A DNA stretch of 15,624 nucleotides from Terrimicrobiaceae bacterium (GTDB lineage Bacteria; Verrucomicrobiota; Verrucomicrobiia; Chthoniobacterales; Terrimicrobiaceae), in contig JBIIPZ010000054.1 of the NCBI GenBank assembly GCA_044342325.1, positions 1 through 15,624 on the forward strand. The letters are read 5' to 3'. The position numbers were made by a program, and so were the translations under genes. Positions 1-5,942 of the stretch are shown here, in pieces. Positions within the stretch are counted from its first letter, which is position 1. The number at the start of each line of letters is the position of its first letter. The notes under the pieces are model-generated. The model did not search any database. It saw nothing but the letters and a program-made list of their open reading frames with translations, and had not been told where the DNA came from.

Positions 1-344
1 TTTATCAATCTGGAGCTTACGATCAGGCTCTGAATGTCTTTCGTCCACTGGCTCTTCTGGACAGCGGCGAGGCCCGGAACTGGATCGCCTTGGGTGGTTG
101 CCACCAGATGAAAGGCGAATACGAGCAGGCACTGCAATTTTATGGCAATGCCATGATGATCGATCCAGCCAATCCTTCGCCTGTTTTCAATGCCTTGGAA
201 TGCAATATCGCTTTGAAGAAGTATTCTGAGGCAAAAAGTGCTGCGGAGTATATCATAGCCACCGCCACCGACAAACCCGAACACGCCGCACTCCTCGTGC
301 GCGCCAAGCTGTTGCTGGGTGCCATCGAATCCAAAATTTCGTAG
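1..344 (+). CDS. sycD: SycD/LcrH-family (class II) T3SS translocator chaperone, TPR protein, 5'-partial
   Basis: The frame is open from position 3: YQSGAYDQALNVFRPLALLDSGEARNWIALGGCHQMKGEYEQALQFYGNAMMIDPANPSPVFNALEC... This matches the LcrH/SycD TPR pattern (YQSG.Y..A..F..L..LD; LG.C.Q....Y..A...Y). It lies directly upstream of two translocator-like genes. The true start is before the window. Confidence 0.92.
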   Translation, partial: YQSGAYDQALNVFRPLALLDSGEARNWIALGGCHQMKGEYEQALQFYGNAMMIDPANPSPVFNALECNIALKKYSEAKSAAEYIIATATDKPEHAALLVRAKLLLGAIESKIS

Positions 345-352
345 GATTGTTT

Positions 353-1399
353 ATGCCTGTCGATAAAATCCCGAGTTCCGCCACTCAATCTCCAGCAACC
401 ATTTCGGATACCACAGTCGTGTCTTCCGACAAGGCTGCTGAGAAAAATCCTGTGGGTATCTCCTCGGCCAATGCCCCTGTCATGACAGATGAATCCGTAA
501 AGATGGATGAAGATGTTCCTGCAGATCCCACAGCTCCAGATAAAAAGCCTGATCAACCCGTTCCGATTCCTCGGCCTCGTAGCGATATCAACATCCTGGC
601 CATGCAGCAAATGATAAGTCAGATAACGATTGATGATGGCTTACTGCAAATGTCCTCCAGCAAAATCACGATGGATAGCATGCAGAAAACGAATAAATCT
701 TTAGCTGACAAGCAGATCAAGCAGATGGAAGATCAGGCGCAGAAGCAGCAGCAAGCCGATAAAAAGTCTGGCATTTTCTCTTGGGTATCCAAGATTTTCA
801 CGGCTCTCACCGTTGTGGTGGCAGTCGCTTTGATCGCAACTGGTGTTGGTGCGGGCTTTGGAATTGGCCTGCTGGTGGGTTTGGCGGCTGGACAGCTTCT
901 TCAGATCGATGCCGTGAAGAATGCGATTGTCAAAGCTGTGAGCGCTGTTTTCGGTGAAAAAGTTGGTGCAATTCTTGCGAATGTGGTCATCCTTGCTGTC
1001 CAAATTGCAATAGCCATCAAATCTGGCAATCTGGGTGCTGCGTTGGCAAAAGGAAGTAACATCATGAAGGCGGTCAGCAATGTCGCTGCAAAGGTGATCA
1101 AAGGCCTTAATGATGTCGATAAAGCCAAGAATACACTCATGAAAGTCAATACAACGGTGCAAGCGACTGGAGGAATCACTCAAGGAGGAATGCAAATTGA
1201 TATTGGAGTGACAAATATTCAACTTGCTAATCTGAAGCGGGTCGTGCAGGACAATAAAGCTGATATGTCATTCCTGACTGGCTTGATTGATCAAACATTG
1301 GCCCTGCAAAAGCAGGCAACAGACCGCCTCTCACAAAATCTTCAGGAAACCTTAAGCCAAGTTGCCTCCTATAGTTCCTACAATCGTTCCTGGAGTTAA
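353..1399 (+). CDS. sctE: Major hydrophobic translocator SctE (YopB/PopB/SseC/CopB-like)
   Basis: ATG at 353 has AGGA 6 nt upstream (the ORF track starts at TTG 347). A disordered S/T/P-rich N-terminus is followed by a coiled coil (KQIKQMEDQAQKQQQADKKSGIFSWVSKIF), a long hydrophobic hairpin (TALTVVVAVALIATGVGAGFGIGLLVGLAAG), a second hydrophobic segment and a C-terminal coiled coil. It directly follows sycD. Confidence 0.85.
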   Translation: MPVDKIPSSATQSPATISDTTVVSSDKAAEKNPVGISSANAPVMTDESVKMDEDVPADPTAPDKKPDQPVPIPRPRSDINILAMQQMISQITIDDGLLQMSSSKITMDSMQKTNKSLADKQIKQMEDQAQKQQQADKKSGIFSWVSKIFTALTVVVAVALIATGVGAGFGIGLLVGLAAGQLLQIDAVKNAIVKAVSAVFGEKVGAILANVVILAVQIAIAIKSGNLGAALAKGSNIMKAVSNVAAKVIKGLNDVDKAKNTLMKVNTTVQATGGITQGGMQIDIGVTNIQLANLKRVVQDNKADMSFLTGLIDQTLALQKQATDRLSQNLQETLSQVASYSSYNRSWS

Positions 1400-1421
1400 A
1401 AAATTTAAACATCCAACTATT

Positions 1422-2180
1422 ATGCCAGAAATCAATCCCAATATGACATTTGCCGGAATCGATTCCGCCAAATTGGCCCCTATCTTGAAAGACTATAATG
1501 TCTCTCAAGTTGACATCACTAAAATTCTCCAAGATCCCTCGCTTTACCGCGTATCGGATGTGATCACAGACCCCGCCGGCGCGTCAAAGGTCGCAGAGAT
1601 TGCCACCCCTTCCGCCAAAACAACGGCCCCGCTGGAAGAGAAAAATATATCGGCTTTCGAGAAGATTTTCCAAATGCTTCTTTCGATTATGTCGGATCAA
1701 AGCAAGTTCCAATCTTTGATGAACAAACTCAGTCTCTCTTCCAATGTGACCGCCTTGGAGTCCACCAAACTTGGTAATGAAAAAGTCGCCGACTCAGAAA
1801 AGACCAATGCGATTGCGGGCATTGTGAGTGGTGTTGTCAGTATGGGTTTTAGTGCGTATTCCATGAAAGTGGGTGCTGGGCCAACATCAAAAAATGGCGT
1901 GAATGCCACGAGTTCACCCAGTGTGGAGTCCCTTTCAGCCAAAGCGATGGCATTTCAACAAATTGGGACGGCGATTGGTGGAGTTTCAACAGGCATTGCT
2001 GGCATCGTCGCGGCCAATCAAAAGAAGGAAGGTCAAAACACCTTAGCGGAAGCCGATTTCGTTAAGACCGCTGCGCAAGCATTCGCGGCAGCCGCGTCCG
2101 ATATGCGAAGCCAAATGGATACCCAAATGGGTGCTGCCGGGAATATTCAGAGCTTTATCCAATCAGTAGCTCGGAATTAA
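1422..2180 (+). CDS. sctB: Minor hydrophobic translocator SctB (YopD/PopD/CopD-like)
   Basis: ATG at 1422 avoids overlap with sctE and gives 252 aa. It has one Gly/Ala-rich hydrophobic segment (AIAGIVSGVVSMGFSAYSM), a second amphipathic Gly-rich stretch and an amphipathic C-terminal helix, in the canonical chaperone-SctE-SctB order. Confidence 0.75.
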   Translation: MPEINPNMTFAGIDSAKLAPILKDYNVSQVDITKILQDPSLYRVSDVITDPAGASKVAEIATPSAKTTAPLEEKNISAFEKIFQMLLSIMSDQSKFQSLMNKLSLSSNVTALESTKLGNEKVADSEKTNAIAGIVSGVVSMGFSAYSMKVGAGPTSKNGVNATSSPSVESLSAKAMAFQQIGTAIGGVSTGIAGIVAANQKKEGQNTLAEADFVKTAAQAFAAAASDMRSQMDTQMGAAGNIQSFIQSVARN

Positions 2181-2251
2181 AGCCAGTCCGCAGTTGAAAT
2201 AACAGCCATGGAGACCGCTGTTTTCCGGTCAAGCCCTTCGGCGTTGCGATT

Positions 2252-3394
2252 GTGAGAAAACTGCGCGTTGGCGTTTCGATCTTTGTTTCGGAGGATGCGA
2301 ACATTTGGAGCAATGGCATCAACCAGAACATTGCGTTGCTTGCGCAGCTCCTTCGGAACATCGATTTTGTCGACAAAGTCTATTTTTTAAATGGCGGATC
2401 GGCTGCGAAGTTCCCGTCAGGTCTGAAGTTTGATCATCTCGATGTGTCGCTGGTGCAACCAAGCGATGTCACCTACGATATCGATGTTGTTATCGAAATG
2501 GGTGCGCGGCTCCCGATGGAGTGGAAGCGCCGGGTCTTGGCACTGGGGGGCAAGAGTGTTCTTTTTATCGTAGGGCACAGCTACAGCGGACTGGTCGAAT
2601 CGGTCCTCTTTGGCTCGCGTTATGCCTCTCTTGAGGATTCATGCTCCTATTCGGATGTGTGGGGACTGCCCCACCACCGGAAGACGGGAAGTCCTCTTCT
2701 GGAAACGATTTGCCGTCGGCAGGTGCGGGACATGCCGCATCTGTGGTCCCCCGTTTTCCTTCAGCCCGGCATCGATGAGATGTCGCGCGCTGGAAAACCA
2801 TTTGGATTTCAGCCTTCCCGCAGCGGGTCGCGAAACCGAGCCTGGCGGGTGGGAATCTTCGAACCGAACTTGTCGGTGGTGAAAAACTGTCTTATTCCCA
2901 TGCTGATTTGCGAGAGTGCTTATCGAAAAAACAAGGAAGCTATCAGTGAGATGATGGTGATGGGTGTGTCGTCGATCAAGGAGAAGCAGGAATTCAAAGA
3001 TTTTGCGCGCTGCCTATCGATGACCCGCGATGAACGGGCCACCTATAATCCCAGAATGCCTTTTGTGGAGTGCATGGCCCGGCATGGCATCGATGCCGTG
3101 GTATCGCACCAGTGGGAGTGTGCCTTGAATTATGCCTACTACGACGCTCTCCACGGTGGCTATCCCTTGATTCATAACTCCGAAATTCTCAGGGATGCGG
3201 GAATCGGTTACTTTTACTCTGGATCCTCGGCTTCGGCGGGCGCCGAGGCACTTCTGGAAGCTTGGGACAGCGCGCCGGAGCTTCGTGAGGAGTCACAACG
3301 CAGGGCGGCGGAGTATCTTCGCAAGCTGGCTCCTGACGATCCGAATAACATCCAAGCTTTCGCCGAGCGCCTCCTGGCGATCACCGCCGAATGA
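2252..3394 (+). CDS. DUF2827-family protein, putative GT-B-fold glycosyltransferase
   Basis: GTG start, 380 aa. Motifs recalled for DUF2827: RVGVSIF...NIWSNGINQN, DVVIEMGA, PHLWSP.F, VGIFEPNLSVVK.C.IPMLICE.AYR, VVSHQWE..LNY.YYDAL.GGYPLIHNS. The last resembles the GT-B nucleotide-sugar-binding signature (EA...G.PVI). The enzymatic function is inferred. Confidence 0.8.
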   Translation: MRKLRVGVSIFVSEDANIWSNGINQNIALLAQLLRNIDFVDKVYFLNGGSAAKFPSGLKFDHLDVSLVQPSDVTYDIDVVIEMGARLPMEWKRRVLALGGKSVLFIVGHSYSGLVESVLFGSRYASLEDSCSYSDVWGLPHHRKTGSPLLETICRRQVRDMPHLWSPVFLQPGIDEMSRAGKPFGFQPSRSGSRNRAWRVGIFEPNLSVVKNCLIPMLICESAYRKNKEAISEMMVMGVSSIKEKQEFKDFARCLSMTRDERATYNPRMPFVECMARHGIDAVVSHQWECALNYAYYDALHGGYPLIHNSEILRDAGIGYFYSGSSASAGAEALLEAWDSAPELREESQRRAAEYLRKLAPDDPNNIQAFAERLLAITAE

Positions 3395-5460
3395 AAACCT
3401 CTCCCTCCACCATCCGCCTCGCCTTGGCTGTGAGGCCTCCGGAAGCCAACCGCTCGCCGTGGCACTCCGACGACGCCCAGCTCGCATGGTTCCTTGCGAA
3501 ACTTTTTGCTCAGGTCGATGGCGTGAAGGTCGCCGGCATCCTGTGTGCGGCTTCCTTTGATCCCATCGATGGTTTGCCGCACATCCCCTTGGAATCGGGT
3601 GATGCTGGCATCGATGCCGTAATTGAAGTCGGCGATGCGCTGACTGAGGACTGGAGAGCTATTTTTCAAGAGGGTGGGGGATGCCGTGTGGCGCTGCGCA
3701 CGGGAAATGATCTGGCAAGCGGAGCGGAGCGATTGTTTTTCGCGAAGACGCCCGGGGAGGTTCCCGCCTTTCGCAATGCCGATGCTGTCTGGATTTTCCC
3801 CGGACCGGATGAAACGAATCGCGATTTTTTCGAAATCCTGTGCGGTTGTCCGGTGCATCGAGTCCCTCTCCTCTGGCATCCACACTTTCAGGAAAGCTTC
3901 TTGTGTGATCTTCCGGAGCAATCCTCGCTGGGATACAAGCCCGGCGAGGCGCGGTGGCGCATCGCCGTGTGCGAGGAGAACAAAAGCATCACCCAAAATC
4001 TCGTCGTGCCGCTTTTAATCGCCGAGAATGCCAACCGGAAAAATCCCCGTCTCCTCGAAGAAGTTCATGTGATCAACACGCGCCGTATCAACACGAACCC
4101 TGTCTTTGTGGATTTCCTGAAAACCTTGGATTTCGTCGACCAGGGGTTGCTTCAATTGTTGAACTTTATTCCCTTCTGCGAACTCATGGGCCGGAGGGCA
4201 AACTGTGTGGTGAGCCACCAATTTCACGCAAGGCCACCCCACTTTCTCTACGAGGCTTTGCATTGCAACTACCCGGTGGTTCACAATGCGCCTCAACTTC
4301 AAGGCGTGGGCTTTTTTTACAGGGAATTTGACGCCATGGGCGGTGCGGAGGCCTTGCTGGAAGCCCATCGCAGCCACGATGCCAACCTGGAGGAAACGCG
4401 CAAGGCGAATGCCGGCTTCATCGCGTCACTCTCTCCCTGCTTCGCGCCAAACATCAAGGCCTACTCGGATGCCTTGCAGGAGGCGGTGGAATCCAGTCGG
4501 CGTTCAAGGGTGTCTGCGGCACAGACTGTGGCCAGACCGAACAACCAATTGCCTCGGGATGGCAACAGCAAGGCTATCGTCGTTTATCTGGATGCCGGTG
4601 AGAAAGCGGCCGAGGAGTTCAGTTGGCTCCAAAAAACCTACCAACTCTGGAATCTGCATCGGGAATATGACTTGGTCGTCTACCACAATCCGGCCGTCCA
4701 GCCTCCAAAGGGCGAGGGCTTGGTGGCACGCCAGCTTGCTCCAATGGCTGATGATGACGGGTTTTGGAGCGACTATCCGTTCGTGAATTCCTTTGCCATG
4801 TTCCGGCGGGAGGGGGAGCAGGAATGGATACTGGACAGATACGAACATCTTTTCAAAACGGATTGTGATGTCTTCCTGACCACCAATCTGCGTGGTCTGG
4901 AGTCTGATCAAGTTCTGCTGGGCTACGGCGGCTACATGGAACATCCCGAGACGCGCGACGAGGTGGTCCAAAAGCTGGTTCGTATTTTCAAAAAACTCCG
5001 AATTTCCGATGGCGGTCTCAACCATGTGGGAGCTTCAATTTTTGGTCCAGCCCGGCAGGTGCTGCCTGTCGTGGCGGATCATCTCGCATTGACCCGCTAC
5101 TTGTTGGAAACGGAGTGGAAAAGCGGCGATCCCGGCAAATGGCCCGGCTGGTATCGGGGCGTGGCCTCCATGTATGCCATCCATCTTGCTGTGAATAAGA
5201 ACCTTCAGGCCCGAAATGTGCGGTTGAATGCGCTGGATGCGTTTTGCTTGGACAACAAAATCACCCGCGATGTCCTTCACATCCACGCATGGCATTGTGT
5301 GGCGGATTTTTCAAAGCACAAATGGTTTGCGGGAAAATACAAGCCCCGTTCTTTCAGCGGTATACCGGAGGTGGCCAAAGATTACTGCCTCTGCGTGGCG
5401 TCATCTTCTCTGGAAGAATTACGCAAACTTGCTGGCGGTAGTCATAACGACAAATCATAA
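3391..5460 (+). CDS. Two-domain protein: divergent DUF2827-like N-terminal domain fused to a DxD-containing GT-A-like C-terminal domain (putative glycosyltransferase)
   Basis: 689 aa with an ATGA overlap to the upstream gene. Residues ~1-365 are paralogous to the upstream protein (DAVIEVG, VPLLWHP, WRIAVCEEN.SI..N..VPLLIAE.A.RKN, VVSHQ...LYEALHCNYPVVHN). Residues ~391-689 carry YEHLFKTDCDVFLT (DxD at 4861-4869), WPGWYRGVASMY and HIHAWH. Confidence 0.72.
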   Translation: MKTSPSTIRLALAVRPPEANRSPWHSDDAQLAWFLAKLFAQVDGVKVAGILCAASFDPIDGLPHIPLESGDAGIDAVIEVGDALTEDWRAIFQEGGGCRVALRTGNDLASGAERLFFAKTPGEVPAFRNADAVWIFPGPDETNRDFFEILCGCPVHRVPLLWHPHFQESFLCDLPEQSSLGYKPGEARWRIAVCEENKSITQNLVVPLLIAENANRKNPRLLEEVHVINTRRINTNPVFVDFLKTLDFVDQGLLQLLNFIPFCELMGRRANCVVSHQFHARPPHFLYEALHCNYPVVHNAPQLQGVGFFYREFDAMGGAEALLEAHRSHDANLEETRKANAGFIASLSPCFAPNIKAYSDALQEAVESSRRSRVSAAQTVARPNNQLPRDGNSKAIVVYLDAGEKAAEEFSWLQKTYQLWNLHREYDLVVYHNPAVQPPKGEGLVARQLAPMADDDGFWSDYPFVNSFAMFRREGEQEWILDRYEHLFKTDCDVFLTTNLRGLESDQVLLGYGGYMEHPETRDEVVQKLVRIFKKLRISDGGLNHVGASIFGPARQVLPVVADHLALTRYLLETEWKSGDPGKWPGWYRGVASMYAIHLAVNKNLQARNVRLNALDAFCLDNKITRDVLHIHAWHCVADFSKHKWFAGKYKPRSFSGIPEVAKDYCLCVASSSLEELRKLAGGSHNDKS

Positions 5461-5534
5461 TTTTTTTCATTTCCGTAGTGTCAAACCCGCTTCCACCTGC
5501 TGCACTTCAGTCGCAAAGCTGACGATTCTTTCCT

Positions 5535-5918
5535 ATGCAAACCATGCCAACCCATGTTTCCGCTCTTTGCGACCTTCTGGCTGTTCCAGCTTCTGAGAGG
5601 GAACTTCCCATTCAACTGGTGATTGATGATGCGAACCTTGTTGAAATCCGCGAGCACGACAAGCGCTGGTATCTCTGCGGGCAATTGAACGAGTTGCCCA
5701 TCGCATCCGATGATTCTGCGCTTGAAAATTTTCTTGAGGCCCCGTTTCCCGTCTCGGCATGTGGATTCACGAGCTTCGAGTCTGCCAACGGCCGTCTTCT
5801 TTACTGGAGCGAAATCCTTCCCGGCGCGCATGGACTGCCGCCCCGGCCTGATCTCAAATCCTTCATCCGCGAGCTCTCAGGTCTTTGTAAAAAGGTCTCG
5901 CTCGAAGGGATTTTGTAG
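5535..5918 (+). CDS. Class I T3SS chaperone-like protein (YscB/SycE/CesT fold)
   Basis: 127 aa, small and fairly acidic, with a helix-3 strands-helix-2 strands-helix pattern (IQLVIDD..LVEIRE...WYLCGQL ... GRLLYWSEI ... DLKSFIRELSGLC). It sits immediately upstream of sctC, the position of yscB in Yersinia. Confidence 0.6.
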   Translation: MQTMPTHVSALCDLLAVPASERELPIQLVIDDANLVEIREHDKRWYLCGQLNELPIASDDSALENFLEAPFPVSACGFTSFESANGRLLYWSEILPGAHGLPPRPDLKSFIRELSGLCKKVSLEGIL

Positions 5919-5942
5919 GGCATTGTCTCGCGCCTTGAAAAT

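Noticed and set aside
1362..1421. Upstream TTG start for sctB
   Set aside because: It overlaps the sctE 3' end; ATG 1422 after an A-rich leader is more plausible.
5461..5467. T7 run after the GT fusion stop as an intrinsic terminator
   Set aside because: No GC-rich stem immediately precedes it.
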